This document shows, piece after piece, positions 51,295-59,659 of a stretch of DNA of 64,000 nucleotides. The translations under genes were made by a program, and so were the position numbers. The notes beneath the pieces were generated by a model. The model made no database searches. It had not been told where the DNA came from and saw only the letters and a list, made by a program, of their open reading frames with translations. Each line of letters opens with the position of its first letter. Position 1 is the first letter of the stretch. Location: positions 32,001 through 96,000 of the forward strand of contig CAVXVB010000002.1 in assembly GCA_963765205.1 (NCBI GenBank), given 5' to 3'. This stretch comes from an uncultured Verrucomicrobiae bacterium (lineage in GTDB: Bacteria > Verrucomicrobiota > Verrucomicrobiia > Opitutales > JABDGR01).

Positions 51295-52061
51295 GCCGCC
51301 TCTTTGGTCGTGCTTTCCGTCAGCCCCGCCGCAAACCTGTTCTTTTGGAAGCGCGCAAACATCTTGTTCACCTCGTCGCGGTAAATCGCCCGCTGCTCCG
51401 CCCGCGTCTTGTCTTCCGCCCGCACGATGAAGCGGTCAAAGAGACTGAAAATCTCGGTGGCGATGCCGCCATGAATCTTAGCCAGTTCGCCCGTCATTTG
51501 CTCAATTTTGGCATACTGGCCGGCCTTCTCCGAAACCGCCAACGCCGCCAATTCCAGTTTGCGCATGGATTCAGAGACGGCGGTGAACTGTTTTTCAAGC
51601 GTGTTCAAAATCCGGGCGTTGGGCGCGGCCCGCGCTTCCTCCGCTTCCAACCGCGCCGCAATTTTGCCCGCCCGCCGCCGCGTGGCCGTGAGTAGCATCC
51701 CAAAGTCCATTTCCTCGACTGGCAGCCCCAGCAGCGGCGGGGAATCCGCCGGGTTATCTCTCCGGGGAGACAACGGCATGGACATCGGCAGCATCCGGGC
51801 ATCCGCCGGGGGCAACTCCGGTTGCAAACCGGGGCTGGGGCCATCGGCGGCAGCCTCAATCCGATCCCGCACTCCCGCGTTCAAATCGCGCTGGATATGC
51901 TGCTCTAGCCATCCCAGCAATTTGCCCGGCTCAGTCACCGGGCATTCATCCCCGGCAGCCCGGCCTTTAGCTACCCAAAGCCTAAGTGTCCGGGTTGTCA
52001 CCCCATAGAGGTCAGCCCAATCTTGCCGGGATTGCGGCTCTAATGAAATTTCCGCTTCCAC
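51291..52061 (-). CDS. Terminase small subunit-like protein (lambda Nu1-like)
   Basis: N-terminal SRQDWADLYGVTTRTLRLWVAKG resembles the Nu1 wHTH; coiled coil RKLELAAL..SEKAGQY followed by a helical tail. Confidence 0.7.
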   Translation of the reverse strand: MEAEISLEPQSRQDWADLYGVTTRTLRLWVAKGRAAGDECPVTEPGKLLGWLEQHIQRDLNAGVRDRIEAAADGPSPGLQPELPPADARMLPMSMPLSPRRDNPADSPPLLGLPVEEMDFGMLLTATRRRAGKIAARLEAEEARAAPNARILNTLEKQFTAVSESMRKLELAALAVSEKAGQYAKIEQMTGELAKIHGGIATEIFSLFDRFIVRAEDKTRAEQRAIYRDEVNKMFARFQKNRFAAGLTESTTKEAA

Positions 52062-52305
52062 TGGGGAAAATTAACCCTCCCTCATAGCGGAAGCAAGGAA
52101 ATTTGTTTTTCCAAGCCCCCGCGCGAAAACCTCCAAGGAGTGCCCAACACCCTGGGGGGCCATAAACCTTTTCAAAGAGAATCCCTAGCACCCCTAGTGG
52201 GGGCGGGGGGTCAGGGCGGGGGCAACCTACCTGCCGGAGATTGTGGGCGAAGGGGTAGCCCACTGGCCCGGCAGTAATGGAAAACACTACTGCACACTAG
52301 CTGGC

Positions 52306-52358
52306 CTTGTTATAGTTTGCTATAGTTTTGGCGCTGAAATCTTCGTAAGTCTTTGATT
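52306..52358. promoter_or_regulatory. Arm-type repeat and IHF-like site next to the att core
   Basis: CTTGTTATAGTTTGCTATAGT at 52306-52326; minus-strand AATCAAAGACTTA (52346-52358) fits WATCAANNNNTTR. Confidence 0.7.
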
Positions 52359-52369
52359 ATCAAAAAGAG

Positions 52370-52441
52370 CGCCCCCACGGGGAATCGAACCCCGATTTGA
52401 AGAATGAGAATCTTCCGTCCTAACCGTTAGACGATGGGGAC
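52370..52441 (-). tRNA. tRNA-Glu(CTC)
   Basis: GTCCCCA/TGGGGGC acceptor stem, GAAGA-TTCTCAT-TCTTC anticodon arm, CGGGG-TTCGATT-CCCCG T arm; CCA not encoded. Confidence 0.96.
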
Positions 52442-52446
52442 AAGCT

Positions 52447-52561
52447 GCCAGAAGCGAGAAGCTAGAAGATAGAAGGCAGAATGCCAAGCGCGAAGAAGCG
52501 GATTCATCCAAATGGCATCTTTCTTTGTTTCCATTCTAGCTTCTAGCTTCTAGCTTCTAGC
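52447..52561. repeat. Inverted pair of heptamer tandem arrays
   Basis: GNNAGAA x5 (52447-52481) facing TTCTAGC x4 (52534-52561). Confidence 0.85.
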
Positions 52562-52568
52562 TCCCACC

Positions 52569-53030
52569 ATGTCCGCCTCCCCCGCTACTCCCCGGCCCGA
52601 CACCGGCGCGATTCTTTACGATTTGCCGTCGCCCTACCTGCCGCATCCGGCGTTCGGCTTGCTCCACTTGCCGCGCTTCCTCGCCAAGGCCCGCAAGTAC
52701 TTGGCCGGCGCGCTGCCGCCGTCCTATCAGCGCAACTTCACCAAGGGCTTCGACGGCTTCCTCTGCCTGCATCTGGGCGTGGACCCGCAGGCCGTGATCG
52801 CCGCCGTGCGTGAGGCCAAGGATGAGGACGACCTGACCGCCCGGTTGCGCGCGCTTTTTCCCGCGGACGTGAAGGCTGCCAAGTGGAACCGCCAGGTCGT
52901 GCAAATGGGCATGAGCGAAATGGGCCGCGAAGCCCTCGCCGCCACCAAGAAGAAAATGGCCATCGAGCACCGCGACGACCTTCGCTCCTTCGCCGACCTC
53001 ATCGAATACGATGAGGAACGACTGAATTAA
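52569..53030 (+). CDS. DUF5069-like protein
   Basis: DLPSPY...GLLHLPRFLAKAR....G.L...Y...GFD...L.V and terminal FADLIEYDE.R. Confidence 0.75.
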   Translation: MSASPATPRPDTGAILYDLPSPYLPHPAFGLLHLPRFLAKARKYLAGALPPSYQRNFTKGFDGFLCLHLGVDPQAVIAAVREAKDEDDLTARLRALFPADVKAAKWNRQVVQMGMSEMGREALAATKKKMAIEHRDDLRSFADLIEYDEERLN

Positions 53031-53056
53031 TTACGTGGCGGACAACTCCATGACGA

Positions 53057-53695
53057 TTAGTTCCCTTTCTCCGGTTTTATATACCACTTGCCATCAATTT
53101 TGACAAAAACCATGGGTTGCGGGGCGTTGCTCCCCGCACCCTGGATTGGGTCTGGATGCACGGTGATCATGTAGGTGGCTTCGTCGCCGTCGGCATTAAA
53201 GGTCGGAGTCAGGCCAGCGAGTGTGTCAAAATCCTGCGCCTCTCCTTCAAGCCTCTTTTGCCATATCGGCCGTTGTAACGACCCGCTGGCTTGAGCCGCT
53301 TGTATTGCTTGCATACCATCAAAATTTGCCAAATAGGCAGGCGGGGTCGAAGCTTGTGTGAACCCCACCATATCACCGGCCCGCAACAAGCTTGCGTATT
53401 TCGCGAAGGCGGTTTTCAAGTCAGCTTGGGCATCGGCGGATGCCAAATCGGACGAGGAATTGGCAGTCTCGCTCGCAACGCCCGAGCGCGGTGCGGGTGG
53501 AGCAATGGGCGGAGCGATGGCTTGCGGCACGACATATTCTGATGCCCCCGGTTGGGACGCCAATTCGACTGCACTTCTTCGGGTCGGAGCCGGCCATATG
53601 AGCCAGTAAACACCCGCCTCACGCATGAACAACCAAAGGCCGAGAAACAAGATCGCAAAAGCAAGAACAACCAAAATGGAGTTTTTCGGTTTCAT
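53057..53695 (-). CDS. Membrane-anchored protein of the dispersed paralog family (copy 2)
   Basis: MKPKN followed by a TM, then ADAQADLKTA, TPTFNADGDEATY and MVFVKIDGKWYIK. Confidence 0.8.
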   Translation of the reverse strand: MKPKNSILVVLAFAILFLGLWLFMREAGVYWLIWPAPTRRSAVELASQPGASEYVVPQAIAPPIAPPAPRSGVASETANSSSDLASADAQADLKTAFAKYASLLRAGDMVGFTQASTPPAYLANFDGMQAIQAAQASGSLQRPIWQKRLEGEAQDFDTLAGLTPTFNADGDEATYMITVHPDPIQGAGSNAPQPMVFVKIDGKWYIKPEKGN

Positions 53696-53866
53696 GCCAT
53701 AAAGAAAACCAAAGCATACACTCAATGCGTAAGAGCCGCAAGGTCTATCGTTTCAGCGGCATTTAACACCTCCGCCTCATCATACCCAATTTCATCCCTC
53801 GTCGTTCATCCTTTCTCCCTCTCCCTTTCGCTCTTTTTTCCATTTTCCATCTTCCATTAATTCCCT

Positions 53867-55309
53867 TCACTCTTCCCCGCTCAAGACCCAGGTGTCCTTC
53901 GAGCCGCCGCCTTGGGAGGAGTTGACCACGAGGGAGCCTTTTTTCAGCGCGACGCGCGTCAGCCCGCCGGGCATGATTTTAATGTCTTCGCCGTAGAGGA
54001 TGTAGGGGCGCAGGTCAATGTGGCGGCCTTCAAATTTGCCGTCGCACCAGGTCGGGTGGCGCGAGAGGGAAATGGGCGGCTGGGCGATGAAGTTGCGCGG
54101 GTTCTCCTTGATTTGCTCGCGGAATTTCTCGATCTCGGCCTTCGGCGCCCAGGGGCCCATCAGCATCCCGTAGCCGCCCGCTTCATTCGCGCTTTTGACG
54201 ACGAGCTTCGCCAGGTTGTCCAAAATATAGTCGTAATCCTTTTTTTCCGAGGCGAGGTAGGTTTCGACGTTGGGGAGAATCGGCTCCTGGCCGAGGTAGT
54301 ATTTAATCATCCGTGGCACAAAATAATAGATAACCTTGTCATCGGCCACGCCGGTGCCGATGGAGTTCGCCAGCGCGACGTTCCCGGCGCGGTAGGCTGA
54401 GACGAGGCCCGGCACGCCGAGCATCGAATCGCGCCGGAACACGGTCGGGTCGAGGAAATCGTCGTCAATGCGCCGGTAGATGACATCCACCGGCTCGAGG
54501 CCCTTGGTGGTGCGCATGAACACGCGCTGCTCGCGCACAACGAGGTCGCGCCCCTCGACGATCTCGACGCCCATCGAGCGCGCGAGGAAGCAGTGCTCGA
54601 AGTAGGCGCTGTTGTAAACGCCGGGCGTGAGCAGCACGACGGTCGGGTCCTCGCGGCCGGCGGGCGCGATGTAGCGCAACATGCGCAGCAGCTCGTCCGC
54701 GTATTGGTCAATCGGGCGCACGTTACCGCGGGCAAAGAGGCTGGGGAAGGCGCGCTTCATCGCTGCGCGGTTTTCCTGCATGTAGGAGACGCCCGACGGG
54801 CAGCGGCCGTTGTCCTCGAGCACCAGGTATTGGCCGTCGCGCCCGCGGATGAGGTCGGTGCCGCAGATATGGATGTAAATGTCGCGCGGGACTTTCGTGC
54901 CCCGGAATTCCGGGCGGTAATGCTTGGCGGAGAGGATGTAGTGCTCGGGGATGATTTTGTCCGCGAGGATTTTCTGGTCCGTGTAAATGTCCTTGAGGAA
55001 CAGGTTGAGGGCGGTGATGCGCTGCTTGAGGCCGTTTTCGAGGTGCGTCCATTCGGACGCGGGGATGATGCGCGGGACGAGGTCAAAGGGGAAGATGCGC
55101 TCGGTGCCCTCGTTGTCGTTGTAAACGGTGAAGGTGATGCCCTGGCGCAGAAAGGACAGGTCGGTGCTCTGTCGTTTTTGCTCGAATTCCTCGGCGTCGA
55201 GGGCGGCGAAGCGCTCGAGGAACTTGCGGTAATGCGGCCGCACGCCGGCGGGCGCGGGGCCGGCGAACATCTCGTCAAAAAAGTCTTCGGGTTGGTATTT
55301 CTCGAACAT
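53867..55309 (-). CDS. Circularly permuted type 2 ATP-grasp protein
   Basis: GITFTVY...[43 protein letters not shown] and [15 protein letters not shown] motifs. Confidence 0.93.
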   Translation of the reverse strand: MFEKYQPEDFFDEMFAGPAPAGVRPHYRKFLERFAALDAEEFEQKRQSTDLSFLRQGITFTVYNDNEGTERIFPFDLVPRIIPASEWTHLENGLKQRITALNLFLKDIYTDQKILADKIIPEHYILSAKHYRPEFRGTKVPRDIYIHICGTDLIRGRDGQYLVLEDNGRCPSGVSYMQENRAAMKRAFPSLFARGNVRPIDQYADELLRMLRYIAPAGREDPTVVLLTPGVYNSAYFEHCFLARSMGVEIVEGRDLVVREQRVFMRTTKGLEPVDVIYRRIDDDFLDPTVFRRDSMLGVPGLVSAYRAGNVALANSIGTGVADDKVIYYFVPRMIKYYLGQEPILPNVETYLASEKKDYDYILDNLAKLVVKSANEAGGYGMLMGPWAPKAEIEKFREQIKENPRNFIAQPPISLSRHPTWCDGKFEGRHIDLRPYILYGEDIKIMPGGLTRVALKKGSLVVNSSQGGGSKDTWVLSGEE

Positions 55310-55400
55310 GGGGGCGCAGCAGGGGGATGGCGGCATAAAATCTGGCAGGGTGCCTCTTCCTGAGCAAGCCTCATGCCGGGTGGATGGCTAGTTCACCGCG

Positions 55401-55682
55401 CTACCGGTAAATTTCCCGTCGGTGGCCGATCTCGGCCACCCGGATCAGCCGGCGGGCATCGTCAATCTGATAGAGAATGCGGTATTGGCCCACCCGAATG
55501 CGCCAAATTTGTTCGCCCCCGGAAAGTATTTTGGCGCCGGGCGGACGCGGCTGGAAGCTGAGTTGGCTGATGGACTCCTCCATCCGCCGGCCCAAACTCG
55601 CATCGCGCAGTTTCCGCAAAAACTATTCTGCGGCTGGCCGCAGGGTTATGCGGTAACCGGGCGGCGGGGTTTGCAGTTCCAT
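55401..55682 (-). pseudogene. RelE/ParE family toxin with an in-frame TAG at codon 20
   Basis: MELQTPPPGYRITLRPAAE*FLRKL...PRPPGAKIL...WRIRVGQYRILYQI...IGHRREIYR; TAG at 55623-55625. Confidence 0.85.
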
Positions 55683-55867
55683 GGCAATTCACTGCGCAGG
55701 TTTTCCCAGTTGGTGTCCGGCCCGCTGTCCGCCAAAGCGTGCCTGGCCGCCGCCAAGTCGCGGGCGTCTTCCTCTTTGGCGACTATGCGCGCGAAAAACG
55801 TTTTCACCTTGCGGCGCTCCGGCGCGGGCAAGGTTTCATAGCGGGCCAAAAAGGTTTTGGCGGTCAT
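55646..55867 (-). CDS. Putative antitoxin
   Basis: 73 aa with EEDARDLAAAR...WENLRSEL acidic motif; overlaps the toxin start. Confidence 0.75.
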   Translation of the reverse strand: MTAKTFLARYETLPAPERRKVKTFFARIVAKEEDARDLAAARHALADSGPDTNWENLRSELPWNCKPRRPVTA

Positions 55868-55990
55868 GGCGCTTAGTTTACTTTTCCCTTGGTTTTGGTC
55901 AATGCCGAAACCCGGCGCAAAATCGTAAATAAGGTTCGCCGCGCGACGCAGGCTTGCGTGGGCGGCGCGGTTGCGGCAGGGTGGGGGGCC

Positions 55991-56749
55991 TTGAAAAACT
56001 CCCCGCCCACCGACGAACTGCTGACCCTTGCCGCCGCCACTGCGCGCGCGGCGGGCGCCGCCCTGGCCAAACGCGCCGACCGCACCGTCAATTCCGAGAC
56101 CGGCCACGACGTGAAAATGCAGGCCGATATTGACAGCGAGACGCTCATCCGCGAGCGCCTGGCGCGCGCCAAGCTGCCCGTCATCGGCGAGGAAATTGGC
56201 GGCGACGCCGCCTTGCTGGGCCGTGACGAGCTGTTCTGGGCGGTGGACCCGGTGGACGGCACTTACAATTACCTGCGCAATTTTCCAGGCGTGTGCGTGA
56301 GCATCGGCTTGTGGCGCGGGCGGCGGCCCGTGCTGGGCGTGATTTACGACTTTTGGCGCGACGAGCTGTTTGCCGGCGGCGCGGGCCTCGGCCTGACCTT
56401 GAATGGCCGCGCCCTCCAACCGCGCTGGGCGGCGGACGTGCCCCACGCCGTGCTCTGCACGGGCTTCCCTTCGACGGCGGATCGCGGCGCGCAAGCGGTG
56501 ACCGGCTTCGTCGAGCGCGTTGGCAAATTCAAAAAGATCCGCATGATCGGCACGGCGGCGCTCGCGCTGGCCTATGTGGCCGCCGGGCGCGCGGACGCCT
56601 ATTTCGAAGAGACGATCAAGCTCTGGGACATCGCCGCCGGGCTGGCGCTCGTCGAAGCTGCGGGCGGCTACACGAGCGTCGAGCCGGTGCCCGGCCAGCC
56701 GCTGGCGTTCAATGTCTGGGCGACGGGCCGCGCGGACCTGGCCGGGTGA
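55991..56749 (+). CDS. Inositol monophosphatase family protein
   Basis: GEE, WAVDPVDGTYNY, GTAALALAYVAAGR.D and WDIAAG motifs. Confidence 0.92.
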   Translation: MKNSPPTDELLTLAAATARAAGAALAKRADRTVNSETGHDVKMQADIDSETLIRERLARAKLPVIGEEIGGDAALLGRDELFWAVDPVDGTYNYLRNFPGVCVSIGLWRGRRPVLGVIYDFWRDELFAGGAGLGLTLNGRALQPRWAADVPHAVLCTGFPSTADRGAQAVTGFVERVGKFKKIRMIGTAALALAYVAAGRADAYFEETIKLWDIAAGLALVEAAGGYTSVEPVPGQPLAFNVWATGRADLAG

Positions 56750-56757
56750 TCTCGGGA

Positions 56758-56785
56758 CGGTAGGGACGCCTCTCCGAGGCGTCCG
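56758..56785 (+). repeat. GTAG-type REP-like palindrome
   Basis: Same 28-mer as 13930-13957, between convergent genes. Confidence 0.9.
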
Positions 56786-56794
56786 TTGCTCCCC

Positions 56795-57268
56795 TCATAA
56801 CCGCCGTGCGTAGCGCACGATGCGGAATTCCGGCGTGGTCTTCAGCGTTTCCGTTGGCGTGAACAGATTCTCATACGGCGGAAAAAAAGCGTCGCCCGGT
56901 GGCGAACCCGCCACCTGGGTCAGATAAAGCTCCGCGCAGCGCGGCAGCGCCAGCGCATAAATTTCCGCGCCGCCGATGACCCAGATGTCGCCCGCCGCCG
57001 GCAGTTGATCCACCGCGACCAGGTCGTCTACGACAACCGCTCCCGGCAATGTGTTGGCGCCCGGCGCCAGTGTGCGCGAGACGACCACGTTGCGCCGCCG
57101 GGGCAACGTGCGGCCCAGCGATTCCCACGTCTTGCGCCCCATCACCACCGTGTGCCCCATGGTCTGTTCCTTGAAAAACTTCAAGTCCTCCGGCAACCGC
57201 CACGGGATTTTCCCGCCCGCGCCGATGACGCGGTTCTCCCCCAGCGCGGCGATGGCTTTCCAAGTCAT
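56795..57268 (-). CDS. folA: Dihydrofolate reductase
   Basis: NRVIG...IPWRLPEDLKFFK, MGRKTWES, LPRRRNVVVS, IGGAEIY and GDAFFP motifs. Confidence 0.96.
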   Translation of the reverse strand: MTWKAIAALGENRVIGAGGKIPWRLPEDLKFFKEQTMGHTVVMGRKTWESLGRTLPRRRNVVVSRTLAPGANTLPGAVVVDDLVAVDQLPAAGDIWVIGGAEIYALALPRCAELYLTQVAGSPPGDAFFPPYENLFTPTETLKTTPEFRIVRYARRL

Positions 57269-57278
57269 TGTAATTTTT

Positions 57279-57343
57279 TTACCGCTAAGGCGCGAAAACC
57301 GCAAAGGAAATGGTTGGCCTTTCTCTGCGTCTTTGCGGTGAAT
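57279..57343. repeat. Degenerate copy C of the TTCACCGCAAAG palindromic family
   Basis: TTACCGCTAAGGCGCGAAAACCGCAAAG ... CTCTGCGTCTTTGCGGTGAA between thyA and folA. Confidence 0.7.
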
Positions 57344-57347
57344 CTCC

Positions 57348-58160
57348 TTAAACCGCAATCGGCGCCTTAATCCCCGGATGCGGATCATATTCCAGCAGTT
57401 CAATGTCCTCGAATTTGAAATCTTCCAGATTTTTAATTTCCGGGTTAAGCCGCACGCGGGGCAGCGGGCGCGGCGCGCGGGCCAGTTGCGTCTCCACTTG
57501 TTCGAGGTGGTTGAGGTAGAGATGCATGTCGCCAAAGGTGTGGACGAATTCGCCGGGCCGCAGCCCGCACGCCTGGGCCATCATCAGCGTCAGTAGTGCA
57601 TACGAGGCGATGTTGAACGGCACGCCGAGGAATAAATCCGCGCTGCGTTGGTAAAGCTGGCAGCTTAATTCGCCGCGCGTTGAAACGTAAAACTGAAACA
57701 GCGCATGGCAGGGCGGCAGCGCCATTTTTTCGACATCCGCCGGGTTCCACGCCGTCACGATGTGCCGGCGCGATTGCGGCGATTTTTTAATCGCGGCGAC
57801 CACCCGCGCAATCTGGTCAATCGTTTGCTCGCGGCCCGCGGCGTCCCGCCCCGCCGGCCAGTGGCGCCACTGATGGCCATAAACCGGCCCGAGGTCGCCG
57901 TGCGCATCGGCCCATTCGTCCCAAATCGTCACGCCGCGTTCCTGAAGCCATTTGATGTTCGTGTCGCCGCGCAAAAACCAGAGCAACTCATAGACGACCG
58001 ACTTCCAATGCACCTTCTTGGTGGTCAGCAGTGGAAAGCGCTCGCGCAAATCAAAGCGCGCCTGCGCGCCGAACACGCTGCGCGTGCCCACGCCGGTGCG
58101 GTCGCGGCGCTCCTCGCCGTGGTCGCGCACCAGCCGCAGCAGGTCCAGGTAAGTTTGCAT
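57348..58160 (-). CDS. thyA: Thymidylate synthase
   Basis: [27 protein letters not shown] and [19 protein letters not shown] motifs. Confidence 0.98.
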   Translation of the reverse strand: MQTYLDLLRLVRDHGEERRDRTGVGTRSVFGAQARFDLRERFPLLTTKKVHWKSVVYELLWFLRGDTNIKWLQERGVTIWDEWADAHGDLGPVYGHQWRHWPAGRDAAGREQTIDQIARVVAAIKKSPQSRRHIVTAWNPADVEKMALPPCHALFQFYVSTRGELSCQLYQRSADLFLGVPFNIASYALLTLMMAQACGLRPGEFVHTFGDMHLYLNHLEQVETQLARAPRPLPRVRLNPEIKNLEDFKFEDIELLEYDPHPGIKAPIAV

Positions 58161-58275
58161 GGCCTGATGTAAGCGGGTTCTTCACGCCGGGCAAAGAAAA
58201 ATCCCATGGGCGGGGCGCCCCACGATCCCTTTCTTTTATCTTGTGAATCTATCCGGCCAACCCTAGTTTCCATGC

Positions 58276-58560
58276 ATGACTGCGGATGTGCCTCCTCTCT
58301 TGTCTCCGGCCCCGCCGCTGCGGAAACCGCCCCATTTGGCGTATTTGTTGCTGGCTACCGCCCCGGCTGCCATGGCCTCAGGAATATGCGGCTTTATGAG
58401 CATTTTTATTGGAGTATTAGGAGTCCATTCCAGCCAGGCGTTCATCCAAACTTGTGGCGTGCTCGAAGTGGTTGGCGGAGCGATGGTGGTCATTGGCTCG
58501 CTCGCTGCCTTGGTGGCAATGTGCTGCGCGGCTCGGGCTGCCCTGAAAACAGAAGCATAA
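58276..58560 (+). CDS. Hypothetical small two-TM protein
   Basis: Hydrophobic 94 aa ORF ending just before a REP-like palindrome. Confidence 0.45.
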   Translation: MTADVPPLLSPAPPLRKPPHLAYLLLATAPAAMASGICGFMSIFIGVLGVHSSQAFIQTCGVLEVVGGAMVVIGSLAALVAMCCAARAALKTEA

Positions 58561-58584
58561 GTCATTGGCCCACTCGCTACCCTG

Positions 58585-58612
58585 CGGACGCCTCGGAGAG
58601 GCGTCCCTACCG
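58585..58612 (-). repeat. GTAG-type REP-like palindrome
   Basis: Reverse complement of the 28-mer at 13930 and 56758. Confidence 0.9.
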
Positions 58613-58730
58613 TGTCGCGGAATTTCAAAAAGCTTCATTATGCTTGCTTTGCAGTCCCGTCCAATTTGAAACATATCGCTGAAAAAGGGGTTACTTATTA
58701 GGAATGGATTACCCATTAGTGGCAAAGGCT

Positions 58731-59399
58731 ATGAAGCGCAAAAACCTCATCTTGATTGCCCTGGCCGTCGCCATTGTGAGCCTCAGCCTCTGGTGGTTCA
58801 TGCGGCCCACGGCGGCAGCCCCGAAACCAATCGCTGAGATTGGAGCGCCTGCGCTGAGCAAAATCGCAACGCCCAAGCCGATCGCGTCGCCGGCCATCGC
58901 CCCGCCCGTCGTTTCCCTTGCGCCAAAACCAGACTCCGCGTCAGTCGCCACCGCGCAATCTGTCGCCGCGCCGCTTTCAGACCCCAACGCCGATTCCAAA
59001 GCTGAGTTGAATACTGCATTGGAGGATATGGCGCGCTTGCAGCGGGCTGGCCATTTTATGGAATTCGCGCAAACCTACGACACGCCTGACGAATGGGCAA
59101 AAGAAGAACCTCGTTTGATTCAAGGAAATCAATTAGTTCAAGCCGCCTTAGCTCAGGATCCGGAACTTTCAACGGATGAGCTACCAATAGGAGAAACGTA
59201 TGCGCAGTCATATGAAGCCCTCGAAAAGCAAACTCCGACCTTCAACGCCTCTGGCGATGAAGCCACCTACACCTATATGAGTCCAACGGACTCTGATATA
59301 ATGAATGGCGTCGCTTCTGGCACCGGCACCCCCACTCCCTTGGTCTTTGTCAAAATCAACGGTAAGTGGTATCTAAAAAAGGAAGAGGCGGGCAATTAA
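58731..59399 (+). CDS. Membrane-anchored protein of the dispersed paralog family (copy 3)
   Basis: MKRKN followed by a TM and WWFMRPT, then AELNTALEDMARLQRAG, AQSYEALE..TPTFNASGDEATY and LVFVKINGKWYLK. Confidence 0.8.
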   Translation: MKRKNLILIALAVAIVSLSLWWFMRPTAAAPKPIAEIGAPALSKIATPKPIASPAIAPPVVSLAPKPDSASVATAQSVAAPLSDPNADSKAELNTALEDMARLQRAGHFMEFAQTYDTPDEWAKEEPRLIQGNQLVQAALAQDPELSTDELPIGETYAQSYEALEKQTPTFNASGDEATYTYMSPTDSDIMNGVASGTGTPTPLVFVKINGKWYLKKEEAGN

Positions 59400-59573
59400 T
59401 CGAGTTGCGTTTGTCATCCTTAATTATCCCGAATCCCATTCCGCCCAATTCCAACCAAGAACTAAAAACTAGAAACTAAAGCACCAAGCGCCAGATCACT
59501 ACCCCCCGAACACTTATAAGATTGACCACCCCCCGCGCCCCCGGCATCCTCACCGTTTCCCTTTAACGAATTT

Positions 59574-59646
59574 GGGGCTGTAGCTCAGTTGGAAGAGCGC
59601 GACAATCGCACTGTCGAGGTCGTCGGTTCGAGCCCGATCAGCTCCA
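59574..59646 (+). tRNA. tRNA-Ala(CGC)
   Basis: GGGGCTG/CAGCTCC acceptor stem with G3:U70, CGACA-ATCGCAC-TGTCG anticodon arm; followed by CTA rather than CCA. Confidence 0.95.
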
Positions 59647-59659
59647 CTATTTTAAACCC

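Larger units (their letters stand above)
45563..52398. mobile_element. Integrative phage-satellite-like (PICI-like) element in tRNA-Glu
   Basis: 36 bp direct repeats 6800 bp apart; contains int, AlpA/Xis-like, AAA helicase, primase and TerS-like genes; no structural genes. Confidence 0.9.

Noticed and set aside
55623..55625. Pyrrolysine or genetic-code reassignment of TAG
   Set aside because: TAG ends ordinary genes in this window (for example bshA and the CPBP gene) and no pyl genes are seen
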